Shown one piece after another: positions 29,700 to 39,308 of a DNA stretch of 64,000 nucleotides. How positions within the stretch are numbered: position 1 is the stretch's first letter; every line of letters starts with the position of its first letter. Source of the stretch: an uncultured Bacilli bacterium (GTDB lineage: Bacteria; Bacillota_I; Bacilli_A; RFN20; CAG-631); NCBI GenBank assembly GCA_947599835.1, contig CANQFQ010000003.1, forward strand, positions 68,072 through 132,071, read 5' to 3'. The position numbers and the translations under genes are program-made. The notes under the pieces were generated by a model, which was given only the letters and a program-made list of their open reading frames with translations, was not told the DNA's origin and did no database searches.

Positions 29700-30869
29700 A
29701 TGGCAGTAAGAATCGCAAAACCAGAAGATAAAAAAGCATATTATACGATTGAGGCCTATTGTTTTAATATGGGGCAAAATAGTATCGATGTGAATGTTTC
29801 TAACGACAATTTCAATTATAATGAAATCTTGGTAAATGAAGAAAATAACAAAATTATGCAATGCTTACACGTCGTTCCCTTTGAAATGAATTTTGATCAT
29901 CATAAGTATTTAATGGGTGGTATTGCTGGCGTTGGAAGTCTTCCTGAATCACGGGATCAAGGAGGCATTCGTGATTTGTTAACTTATGCATTAACTTATA
30001 TGAAAGAACATCATATGTTGTTCTCTGCCTTAGGTCCTTTTAGTTGTGAATTTTATCGTAAATATGGTTGGGAATGGGGATTTTCTTTTCAAAAATTAAA
30101 ATTTAATATCCAACTCTTAGCCAAAACACCCAAAGCATATGCCTATCGACAATTAACTGAAAAAGATGATGCACTCATTGAAAATTTTCGAGAAAAATTT
30201 ATTTATTCTATTAATGGACCAATAACTCGTACCGACAAATTACGCCAAGAAAGATGGGAGAAATTTAAAAATCGTTTTGACCATTGTTATGGCGCTTTTG
30301 ATGAAAACAATCAACTAGAAGCACTTGCTTTTTATTATCTTTCTAACCGTTGTTTAATTTGTGATGAATTATTTTATAGTAGTGAATCAGGTCGTCAAAA
30401 AATGCTTCATTTTTTCTATACGCACCGTTCACAAGTGGATCAAATAGAATTACAATTATTAAAAGATGATAATTTAAGACTTTTACTTCCTACTCCAAGA
30501 GTACAATATTGGGAATGGGCCAATATGATGTTTCGTGTAGTTATCGTAAAAGATGCTTTAGAAGCGATGGAAATCGACCCTAAAATCAAAGGTTCTTTAA
30601 CATTAAAAGTTTGTGATAACCAAGCCATATGGAATCATAAAGTATTTAAAATTACCGCTAATAACGGAAAATTAAATGTTTTAGAAACCAATTTAAAAAA
30701 GGCAAATATTGAAATCGATATTCAACGTTTATCTCAACTCATTCTTGGTTTTATTGGAGGAAACGAAGCCTTACAATTAGAATTGGTCAAGATATTTAAC
30801 GAGAAAAAGATCGCCTTATTCAAATCTATTTTTCAAAAAAGACAAACCATGTTATGGCAAATGTTTTAA
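29700..30869 (+). CDS. Eis-like GNAT acetyltransferase with SCP2 domain
   Basis: MGGIAGVGSLPESRDQG, SALGPF...FYRKYGWE, MMFRVV, C-terminal SCP2-like region. Confidence 0.85.
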   Translation: MAVRIAKPEDKKAYYTIEAYCFNMGQNSIDVNVSNDNFNYNEILVNEENNKIMQCLHVVPFEMNFDHHKYLMGGIAGVGSLPESRDQGGIRDLLTYALTYMKEHHMLFSALGPFSCEFYRKYGWEWGFSFQKLKFNIQLLAKTPKAYAYRQLTEKDDALIENFREKFIYSINGPITRTDKLRQERWEKFKNRFDHCYGAFDENNQLEALAFYYLSNRCLICDELFYSSESGRQKMLHFFYTHRSQVDQIELQLLKDDNLRLLLPTPRVQYWEWANMMFRVVIVKDALEAMEIDPKIKGSLTLKVCDNQAIWNHKVFKITANNGKLNVLETNLKKANIEIDIQRLSQLILGFIGGNEALQLELVKIFNEKKIALFKSIFQKRQTMLWQMF

Positions 30870-31017
30870 TTTTTTTTGACAAGCGATAGTTTCGTGGTAA
30901 ATAAAATACAATACATCGATTTCTTTTGGTTAAATCATTAAAAACGAATAATAAAAGGGCTGTATTAAAAACTTTTTAGTTTTTACTTTACAGTCCTTTT
31001 TTATTTTTGTTTACTGC

Positions 31018-32667
31018 TTAATCATTCACTTCTTTAAAACAACTTCCTCCAATAAATTCTCTCAATAAAGAATTACATGGAACATAGGTATCATCAATAT
31101 CCTTAAAATATTTTAGAAACTTAATTAAGCGGTTTGCTTGTATTGCATAAGCACTATCATCTGGAATTTCTCTCAGTGATGGCAAAGCATATTTTTTCAT
31201 CACACATAATTCATAAGTTAATTCTGAATTAAATACAAAATTAGCTCCTTCTTGATGAGGGTAAATCCATTTAAATTCTCCCTTACGAACGGAAGGCCAC
31301 ATTGCAATGGTTTTTTCTGCAGAGGTATTCCGATATTTTTTATCCCTAACAATACGCCTTAATAATCGAATTTCAGTAAGACTGATAGGGTTATGATTAT
31401 CCAAATTAATTTGAATTTGTGGTGCAATATAAATTTTAAACTTTTGGTGTTTAGGAATCGAAGACGTTAAAATGTCGTTTAAAGCATGAATTCCTTCAAT
31501 AATAATGGGTTGCTTAGGCTCTATTTTACATCTTTCTCCTTGTTCTCTTTCTCCTGTTTTAAAATTGAATTTAGGTAATATAATTTCTTTTCCTTGAATC
31601 AATGAAAGCATATGATGATTAAACAATTCAATATCTAAGGCTTCAATATGTTCTAAATCTGGCATTCCATTTTCATCTAAAGGAGCAGCCGACTTTGATA
31701 AATAATAATCATCGATTGAAATTCTAACAGGATGAATTCCTCTAGACATTAACTCAACTCTTAAGCGATTAGAAAAAGTCGTTTTTCCGCTTGAAGATGG
31801 ACCGGCAATCGCAATAAGACGAATATTTTCAATATCTTTTTCAATCGTTTCGCCTAATTCACACAACATATTATTATGTTTGGTTTCGCACATATTAATA
31901 AAATCAATGGTGGTATCCTCTTTCACATGGCGATTCATTTTAGCAACTGTATCCGCTTCACAAATTTTGGCCCAACCATGAGCTAATTTTAATGTTTTTC
32001 CAAACATTGAAGCTTCTTCAAATTCAGGAATCGTTCCCCCCATTTCAGAACGTGGATATTGGATAATAAAACCAGGGTTATAATGTCTTAATTGAAATTG
32101 ATTTAAATAACCTGTTGAAGGTACCATATATCCAAACATATAATTCATATATCCATCACATTCATACATATGCACATTTTTTTCCGGACGGAATTGTAAA
32201 ATATCGATTTTATCTTGTGCATGTTGTTGCTTATAAATTTCTAAAGCTTCTTCTTTGGAAAGTATTTTTCTTGTTAATGGATAATCTTCTGCTACGATTT
32301 TTTTCATTTCGTTCGATAATTCCGTAACAAAATGACTGTCTAATGTTAAATTGGAATTTAACAATTGGCAAAAAATCGAACGAGAAACGTTATAGCTTAA
32401 TCGTACATCATATTCTGGATGTAATCGACTAATCGCCATCACAACCAAATAACGCAAACTTGTTTCATATACTTTTGTTGCATCCGAATTAGTTAAATCT
32501 AATAGTTCTACTTCACAATCATAACTTAATTCATAGGTTAATTCTCTTAAACGATTATTGACCTTTGCTACATAATATTTTTTTTGTTCTTTTTCTGGAA
32601 TTAACGACAAAATTGGCGTTTTATTCGTTAATTGAAATGTTTTGTTCAGCATTTTTACCGTAATCAT
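31018..32667 (-). CDS. Nucleoside (uridine) kinase with N-terminal ThrRS-like domain
   Basis: AKVNNRLREL, YMFGYMVPSTG, AGPSSSGKTT, IIEGIHALN, RLLRRIVRD. Confidence 0.9.
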   Translation of the reverse strand: MITVKMLNKTFQLTNKTPILSLIPEKEQKKYYVAKVNNRLRELTYELSYDCEVELLDLTNSDATKVYETSLRYLVVMAISRLHPEYDVRLSYNVSRSIFCQLLNSNLTLDSHFVTELSNEMKKIVAEDYPLTRKILSKEEALEIYKQQHAQDKIDILQFRPEKNVHMYECDGYMNYMFGYMVPSTGYLNQFQLRHYNPGFIIQYPRSEMGGTIPEFEEASMFGKTLKLAHGWAKICEADTVAKMNRHVKEDTTIDFINMCETKHNNMLCELGETIEKDIENIRLIAIAGPSSSGKTTFSNRLRVELMSRGIHPVRISIDDYYLSKSAAPLDENGMPDLEHIEALDIELFNHHMLSLIQGKEIILPKFNFKTGEREQGERCKIEPKQPIIIEGIHALNDILTSSIPKHQKFKIYIAPQIQINLDNHNPISLTEIRLLRRIVRDKKYRNTSAEKTIAMWPSVRKGEFKWIYPHQEGANFVFNSELTYELCVMKKYALPSLREIPDDSAYAIQANRLIKFLKYFKDIDDTYVPCNSLLREFIGGSCFKEVND

Positions 32668-32900
32668 AATCTATTTTCCTTTCAAAATATATAATATAAT
32701 GTTGTAGATAATTTTATTATAGATAAAATTATTTTTTAAAGCAATAAATTTTTATGATTAAAATGGATTCTATTCCTTCTAAACTTTTTTGCTAAATTAT
32801 CATACATAAAACACGGATTTAGAGTGAATCACATTTTTGTTTTTTTTACTTTGTTTAATAAAAAAATATGATAAAATAAATTTTAAGGGGGAATCAAAAA

Positions 32901-33773
32901 ATGAAATCAAAAGTTTATTTTACTAGAACCATATCACCTGAAGCTGTACTCAAGTTATATCAACATTTAAATGTTTGTTTAAAAGGAAATGTTGCCATTA
33001 AATTACATTCTGGCGAACCTGGAAATCAAAATTTCTTAGGTCCTGATTTCTTTAAACCTACAATTGATTTTGTAAAAGGAACCGTAGTGGAATGTAATAC
33101 GGCTTATGATGGCGAAAGAAATACAACAGAAAAACATTTAAAAACATTTAAAAAACATCATTGGACAGATTATTTCACCGTTGATTTGATGGATGCAGAA
33201 GGTCCTGATATGATACTAGATATACCTAATGGAAAAGTAATTAAGAAAAATTATGTTGGAAAAAATCTTCAAAAATATGATTCAATGCTCGTTTTATCTC
33301 ATTTTAAAGGTCATCCTATGGGAGGTTATGGCGGCGCTTTAAAACAATTATCTATTGGCGTAGCTTCTTCTTATGGCAAAGCTTTTATTCATGGTGCTGG
33401 AGAACCAGGAAAAATTTGGGATGCAGATCATGATTTATTTTTAGAATCTATGGCTGATGCTGCAAGTAGTGTGGTTGACTACTTTAAAGGAAAAATGGCC
33501 TTTGTAAATGTAATGAAAAATATGTCCGTGGATTGCGATTGTTGTGCCACAGCAGAAGATCCTTGCATGGCCGATATTGGCATCTTAGCCTCACTTGATC
33601 CTGTTGCAATTGACAAAGCATGTTTGGATTTAGTTTATCAATCTAAAGATAAAGGAAAAGATCATTTAATTGAAAGAATTGAAAGTAGACATGGCATTTT
33701 AACCATTGAAGCCGCTGCAAAATTGAATATTGGCAGCATGGATTATGAATTGGAGGAAATAGAAGTTGACTAA
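32901..33773 (+). CDS. DUF362 Fe-S protein
   Basis: IKLHSGE, VECNTAY, SHFKGH..GYGGALKQL, VDCDC, ASLDPVAID. Confidence 0.88.
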   Translation: MKSKVYFTRTISPEAVLKLYQHLNVCLKGNVAIKLHSGEPGNQNFLGPDFFKPTIDFVKGTVVECNTAYDGERNTTEKHLKTFKKHHWTDYFTVDLMDAEGPDMILDIPNGKVIKKNYVGKNLQKYDSMLVLSHFKGHPMGGYGGALKQLSIGVASSYGKAFIHGAGEPGKIWDADHDLFLESMADAASSVVDYFKGKMAFVNVMKNMSVDCDCCATAEDPCMADIGILASLDPVAIDKACLDLVYQSKDKGKDHLIERIESRHGILTIEAAAKLNIGSMDYELEEIEVD

Positions 33774-34368
33774 GCAATCTTTAACCATTAATAAAATTTG
33801 TTTGGCTGCTATGTTTTTATGCCTAGGTTGGTTACTTCCCTTCATCACTGCTCAAAATGTTCAGTTGGGAAATGCGATTTCTCCTATGCATATCGCTATT
33901 TATTTATGCGGCTTCATTTTAGGTCCTTTATATGGCGCACTGATTGGTTTGATTACGCCTTTAACGCGTTTTTTAATTTTTGGTATGCCACCGATTTATC
34001 CAACAGCTGTTTGTATGATGTTTGAACTTGCTTGTTATGGTTTTGTCAGTGGTTTAGTCTTTCATCTTTTGTATAAAAAAACAAAATTAAATGAAATTTT
34101 AGTTATTTTTATAGCCATGCTTTCAGCAATTTTGTTAGGACGTTGTGTAAATGGTATTGTGCATTGGCTCGTTGGCATTATTGATACCAAAAACGCTTTT
34201 ACCTTTAAAATGTTTCTTTCCATTTCTTTTGTTGTTGCTTGGCCTGGAATTATTTTGCATTTAATTTTAGTTCCTTCTTTAATTATTTTATTAAAACGTT
34301 CTAATTTATTAGATAAATTCCTTCCTGTAAGAAATTACGAACTAAGAAAAAATGACCAAAACAGATGA
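33766..34368 (+). CDS. ECF transporter S component
   Basis: SPMHIAIYLCGFILGP, FGMPPIYP, MMFELACYG, WPGIILHL. About 6 TM. Confidence 0.85.
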   Translation: MTKQSLTINKICLAAMFLCLGWLLPFITAQNVQLGNAISPMHIAIYLCGFILGPLYGALIGLITPLTRFLIFGMPPIYPTAVCMMFELACYGFVSGLVFHLLYKKTKLNEILVIFIAMLSAILLGRCVNGIVHWLVGIIDTKNAFTFKMFLSISFVVAWPGIILHLILVPSLIILLKRSNLLDKFLPVRNYELRKNDQNR

Positions 34369-34921
34369 AATTATCGATAAAATCAATTGTTTATTACAAA
34401 AAAAGAATTTTGTAGTTGTTGCCATTGATGGTAAATGCGGAAGTGGTAAAACCACTTTTGCAGAGCAATTAAAAAATCATTTTAACGCTTCTATTATCCA
34501 TTGTGATGATTTTTATTTACCACTTGAGAAAAGAACATCTGCTAGATATCAAGAAGCAGGTGGAAATATAGATTATGAGCGTTTTAAAACAGAAATTATC
34601 GATCATTTACATTCGGATTCCGTCATTATTTATCAACGATTAGATTGCCAAACAATGAAACTAAAAAAACCAACCAAATTACATAAGAAAAAAATGCTCA
34701 TTATCGAAGGCTCATATGCGTTACATCCATATTTTCAAAAATATTATGATTTATCTATTTTTATGGATATTGACGCTTCTTTACAATTAAAAAGACTTAA
34801 AAGTAGAGAATCGGAAAAAAATTTTGCAGCCTTTATTCAATTTTGGATACCATTAGAAAACCATTATTTTGAAAGCTATCAAATTAAAAATAAAGCAGAT
34901 TACATTTTAACAATAACCTAA
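34352..34921 (+). CDS. Uridine-kinase-like P-loop kinase
   Basis: AIDGKCGSGKTT, HCDDFY, IIEGSY, WIPLENHYF. Confidence 0.85.
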   Translation: MTKTDEIIDKINCLLQKKNFVVVAIDGKCGSGKTTFAEQLKNHFNASIIHCDDFYLPLEKRTSARYQEAGGNIDYERFKTEIIDHLHSDSVIIYQRLDCQTMKLKKPTKLHKKKMLIIEGSYALHPYFQKYYDLSIFMDIDASLQLKRLKSRESEKNFAAFIQFWIPLENHYFESYQIKNKADYILTIT

Positions 34922-34949
34922 AAAAGGGATTAAATTTATCCCTTTTTTT
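34921..34949. terminator. Bidirectional terminator
   Basis: AAAAAGGGAT-taaattt-ATCCCTTTTT between convergent operons. Confidence 0.75.
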
Positions 34950-35002
34950 CGTCTTTTTGTTTCCTTAGTGGAAATTTCATTTCCCGCTCCTAACTTATTA
35001 TA

Positions 35003-35692
35003 TTATAAAGGTTTTTGCTTAATTTGAGCAAACCTTCTTGGATATTTCAAATTTGTTTCTTTCATCTTTTTAAAATAAAAATTAAGAATTTGATTTTCTT
35101 GATAGGTATGGATTAATGTAATATCCAATTGGGCTATCGCATTTTTACTTTCTTCTAATTCTTTGTTTCCTTGCATTCCTTTCATAGCTATAAATTGCCC
35201 GTTGACTTTGACAATAGGAACACATAATTCTAATAAAATATTTAACCTTGCCACCGCTCTTGCCGTAACAAAATCAAACCGATTTCGATAAATAGAAGTG
35301 ACATCTTCCACTCTTTTAGAAACGATGGTTGTCTTTTTTAAATTTAATTTTTTGATCACTTCATTTAAAAACAACATTCTTTTATTTAATGAATCTATAA
35401 TAACAAGTTCCATCTCTGGAAAAACAATTTTTAAAGGAATAGCAGGAAATCCAGCACCAGAACCCACATCACATAATGTTTGATTGTTAAAATTTAAACC
35501 GGTAAAAGCAACACTTAACGAATCATAAAAATGGCGTTCATACACTTGTTCTTTTTCAATAACATTGGTTAAATCCATGATTTTATTATATTCACTTAAC
35601 ATTTGATAATATACATCAAATTGTGCAAGCATAGCATCCGTAATTTGAATATTTTTGTTTTCTAAAGCTTTCACAAATTCCTCTGGTGTCAT
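35003..35692 (-). CDS. rsmG: 16S rRNA m7G527 methyltransferase
   Basis: HFYDS, DVGSGAGFP, VTARAVA, YPR. Confidence 0.95.
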   Translation of the reverse strand: MTPEEFVKALENKNIQITDAMLAQFDVYYQMLSEYNKIMDLTNVIEKEQVYERHFYDSLSVAFTGLNFNNQTLCDVGSGAGFPAIPLKIVFPEMELVIIDSLNKRMLFLNEVIKKLNLKKTTIVSKRVEDVTSIYRNRFDFVTARAVARLNILLELCVPIVKVNGQFIAMKGMQGNKELEESKNAIAQLDITLIHTYQENQILNFYFKKMKETNLKYPRRFAQIKQKPL

Positions 35693-35707
35693 GTTTTAGT
35701 CTCCTTT

Positions 35708-37576
35708 TTATCGAAGTTTTAAATAAATCATTAACATTGTGATATCACTAGGATTAACCCCTGAAATACGACTTGCTTGTCCAATCGTTGCAGGTCGAAT
35801 TTTATTTAATTTTTGTCTTGCTTCAATGGCTAAATGTTGGATGTCATCATAATTAATATTTTCTGGTATCATAAAATTTTCTAGTTTTTCTAATTCTTGT
35901 GCGTCTTTTTGTTGTTTTTTTAAATAGCCTTCATACTTAATTTGAATTTCAACCTGTTCAATCACTTCTTTGCTATATTGTTTTTCTAAATGAAGCAAAG
36001 GTACAACTTCCATTAATTTAATTTCAGGACGTTTGATAAATTCGTTAATTGTGAGAGCACTCATATGATCAATACTTGTTTGTTGATTCAAAGCATAATC
36101 TTTAATTTCTGGATAATTTTTTACTTTTAATTGTGTGATGATTGTTTTTAATTCTTCAATATCCTTTAATTTATTTAAAAATTGTTGGTATAGTTGTTGA
36201 CTTACTAAACCGACTTCATAACCATATTTTCTTAAACGAATGTCTGCGTTATCATGTCTTAAAAGCAATCGATATTCAGATCTTGATGTTAATAAACGAT
36301 AAGGTTCTTTTGTCCCTTTGGTCACTAAATCATCAATCATCAATCCAATATAGGATTCATTTCTTTTTAAAATTAATGGCGCTTTATTTTGAATTTTTAA
36401 GCAAGCATTAATTCCGGCGATTAGTCCTTGACCCGCAGCTTCTTCATAGCCAGATGTTCCATTAATTTGACCCGCAGTAAATAAATTTTCTATAAGTTTC
36501 GTTTCTAACGACAATTTTAATTGCATTGGATCAATAGCATCATATTCAATTGCATACGCATATTTTAAAAATTTAGCCTCTTTTAATCCGGGTAATGAAT
36601 GTACCATTAATTCTTGAATGTGCGGTGGCATAGAAGTTGAAAAGCCTTGTAAATAGATTGAATTATTCGATAAAGATTCGGGTTCTAAAAATAATTGATG
36701 TCTTTCTTTATCAGCAAATCGAACGATTTTATCTTCGATTGAAGGACAATAACGAGGACCTGTGCCTTTAATGTTACCACTATACATTGCAGATTCTTTG
36801 AGGTGTTCTTGAATGATTTGATGCGTTAAAGGACTTGTGTGTATCAAATAACAAGGAACTTGTTTATCCAACGCTAAAAAATCGGTCGTTTCATAACTAA
36901 ATGCATATTCGCCTAAACTACCCAATTGAATTTCACATTCATCAAAATCAATACTTTCTTTAGCAATCCTTGGGGGTGTACCCGTTTTTAAGCGCATAAT
37001 ATTAAATCCTAAATCACGCAATTGAACAGATAATCCTGTTGCACTTCTTTGATGATCAGGACCTTCTTGTTTCATCTCATGACCGACTAAAATACTTGCT
37101 TCAAGATATGTTCCTGTCGTTAGAATCGTTGCCTTTGAATATATTTCTTCATTATTTTCATCAATAATGCCTAAGCATTGATGTTCTTTAACAATGAGTT
37201 TTTTGACCATCGTTTGCAAAATCGTTATATTTGCATTGGATAGAATAACATCTTGCATATATTTAGGATATCTTAGTTTATCAATTTGTGCCCTTAAACA
37301 TTGAACACCAGGACCTTTTGCAGTATTTAACATTTTCATTTGCAAACAGGTGTGATCCGTTGTTTTTCCCATTTGACCGCCTAAAGCATCAATTTCTCGA
37401 ACAACAACTCCTTTTGCTGGGCCACCAATAGATGGATTGCATGGAGTTTGTGCAATGTTATTGATATCTAATGTAATTAGACAAACTTTATAAGAAAGTC
37501 TTGCTGCTGCTAATGCAGCTTCAACTCCTGCATGTCCGCCGCCAACTACAATTACATCAAATTCTTGCATCTTCAA
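35708..37576 (-). CDS. mnmG: tRNA uridine-5-carboxymethylaminomethyl(34) synthesis enzyme MnmG (GidA)
   Basis: GGGHAG, CNPSIGG, RLKTGTPPR, GPRYCPSIEDK, AGQINGTSGYEEAA. Confidence 0.97.
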   Translation of the reverse strand: MKMQEFDVIVVGGGHAGVEAALAAARLSYKVCLITLDINNIAQTPCNPSIGGPAKGVVVREIDALGGQMGKTTDHTCLQMKMLNTAKGPGVQCLRAQIDKLRYPKYMQDVILSNANITILQTMVKKLIVKEHQCLGIIDENNEEIYSKATILTTGTYLEASILVGHEMKQEGPDHQRSATGLSVQLRDLGFNIMRLKTGTPPRIAKESIDFDECEIQLGSLGEYAFSYETTDFLALDKQVPCYLIHTSPLTHQIIQEHLKESAMYSGNIKGTGPRYCPSIEDKIVRFADKERHQLFLEPESLSNNSIYLQGFSTSMPPHIQELMVHSLPGLKEAKFLKYAYAIEYDAIDPMQLKLSLETKLIENLFTAGQINGTSGYEEAAGQGLIAGINACLKIQNKAPLILKRNESYIGLMIDDLVTKGTKEPYRLLTSRSEYRLLLRHDNADIRLRKYGYEVGLVSQQLYQQFLNKLKDIEELKTIITQLKVKNYPEIKDYALNQQTSIDHMSALTINEFIKRPEIKLMEVVPLLHLEKQYSKEVIEQVEIQIKYEGYLKKQQKDAQELEKLENFMIPENINYDDIQHLAIEARQKLNKIRPATIGQASRISGVNPSDITMLMIYLKLR

Positions 37577-37586
37577 ACACTTCTTT

Positions 37587-39290
37587 CTATCTACTCTCTT
37601 TATTCACTTTATCGACAATCAAATCAATGACTTCATCAACCGTCAATTCTTGTTTTTGATTGTCACTTCTAAATTTAAATTCAACGATTCCTTCTGAAGC
37701 TCTTTTTCCTACAGTAATCGACATTGGAATTCCAATTAAATCCCAATCTTTAAATTTAACTCCCGCTTGCACATTGCGATCATCCAATATCACTTCTACA
37801 TGTTTTTCTTGTAATTGATGATAAATCGAATCCGCCAATTCTTGTTGTTCGTTTTGATAACGAATAGGAATGATAACGACATGATAAGGAGCCACGTTTA
37901 AAGGCCAAATAATTCCTTGTTCATCGTGGTATTGCTCAACGATACTTGCTAAAGTTCTCGTAACACCAATGCCATAACAGCCCATAACCATTGGAATATT
38001 TTTTCCTTCTTCATTCAAATAAGTACAACCCATACTATCGGAATATTTTGTTTTTAATTTAAAAATTTGACCGATTTCAATGCCTCTTTGACTTTTTAAA
38101 GGTTGCTTACAAATTGGACATAAATCATTTTCTTTACAATCTCTTAAAAAGAAGATTTCACCATTATAATCGCGATTGATATTAACATTAACGAAATGAT
38201 AATCTTTTTGGTTTGCACCCACAATAATGTTTTTCATTTTAGCTACTTCTTGATCGACTAAAACTCTTATTTTCATATGACATGGACCTACAAAGCCATC
38301 TACACTACCTAATTTTTCAATTTCTTCTTTTGATGCTAATACAAGTTCATGTTCCGCAATTTGTAAAGCGTTGCAAACTTTAATCAAATTGACTTCACGA
38401 TCTCCCCGCACTAACACGCAAACATATGCTTCATTGGCTTTATATACCATCGTTTTAACAACATCTTGTGTAGAAACATTTAAATAATGACTCACTTCTT
38501 CAATCGTTTTTTGGTTAGGGGTATACACTTTTTCAAGTGGTAATTCTGCTTCATTATTTTTATAATCGCTATCCCATGATTCTGCTTTTTCTTCATCTGC
38601 AGCATAATGACAATGATCACAATAAATAATATTGCTTTCCCCCACTTCACTTAATGCCATAAATTGATGGGATTCACTCCCTCCAATTGCACCTGTATCT
38701 GCCAAAACGATTTTATATTTTAAATGTAAACGAGTAAAAATTCTTTGATAGGTTTCATACATGTTTTGATAGGCTTCATTTAAACCTTTTTCATCCATAT
38801 CAAAACTATATGCATCCTTCATAATAAATTCTCTTCCCCGCATTAATCCAAAACGAGGGCGTAATTCATCTCGGTATTTTGTTTGAATTTGATAAATATT
38901 TAAAGGTAAATTTTTATACGATTTTACCTCATTTTTAATTAAATCAGTAAATATTTCTTCGTGCGTAGGGCCAAGACAAAACTCACGGTCATGACGATCT
39001 TTAAAGCGCATTAGTTCAGGTCCATATTTTTGCCACCGACCAGATAATTCCCATAATTCTTTAGGTTGAATAGCGCTTGACAAAATTTCTTGTGCGCCAC
39101 TTTGATCCATTTCTTCACGAATAATATTTTCCACTTTATGAAGAACTCTAATTCCTAAAGGTAAAAAATTATACACCCCTGCTACTAACTTACGAATCAT
39201 ACCCGCTCTAATTAAATAAATATGGCTTGCTATGATGGCTTCATTAGGAGCTTCTTTTAATGTAGGAATGAGCATTTTGCTTGCTTTCAT
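37587..39290 (-). CDS. proS: Proline--tRNA ligase (with INS editing domain)
   Basis: LGPTHEE, RDELRPRFGLMRGREF, GIEIGQIF, MGCYGIG. Confidence 0.97.
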   Translation of the reverse strand: MKASKMLIPTLKEAPNEAIIASHIYLIRAGMIRKLVAGVYNFLPLGIRVLHKVENIIREEMDQSGAQEILSSAIQPKELWELSGRWQKYGPELMRFKDRHDREFCLGPTHEEIFTDLIKNEVKSYKNLPLNIYQIQTKYRDELRPRFGLMRGREFIMKDAYSFDMDEKGLNEAYQNMYETYQRIFTRLHLKYKIVLADTGAIGGSESHQFMALSEVGESNIIYCDHCHYAADEEKAESWDSDYKNNEAELPLEKVYTPNQKTIEEVSHYLNVSTQDVVKTMVYKANEAYVCVLVRGDREVNLIKVCNALQIAEHELVLASKEEIEKLGSVDGFVGPCHMKIRVLVDQEVAKMKNIIVGANQKDYHFVNVNINRDYNGEIFFLRDCKENDLCPICKQPLKSQRGIEIGQIFKLKTKYSDSMGCTYLNEEGKNIPMVMGCYGIGVTRTLASIVEQYHDEQGIIWPLNVAPYHVVIIPIRYQNEQQELADSIYHQLQEKHVEVILDDRNVQAGVKFKDWDLIGIPMSITVGKRASEGIVEFKFRSDNQKQELTVDEVIDLIVDKVNKESR

Positions 39291-39308
39291 AATATTAACT
39301 TCCTTTCG

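Noticed and set aside
34957-34978. TGTTTCCTTAGTGGAAAT downstream of rsmG as a parS site or oriC marker
   Set aside because: Wrong spacing and core versus TGTTTCACGTGAAACA. No parAB/noc genes or DnaA-box cluster nearby.
39291-39308. T-box riboswitches for proS/metG
   Set aside because: The proS spacer is only 18 bp and metG overlaps rsmI, so there is no room for a leader.
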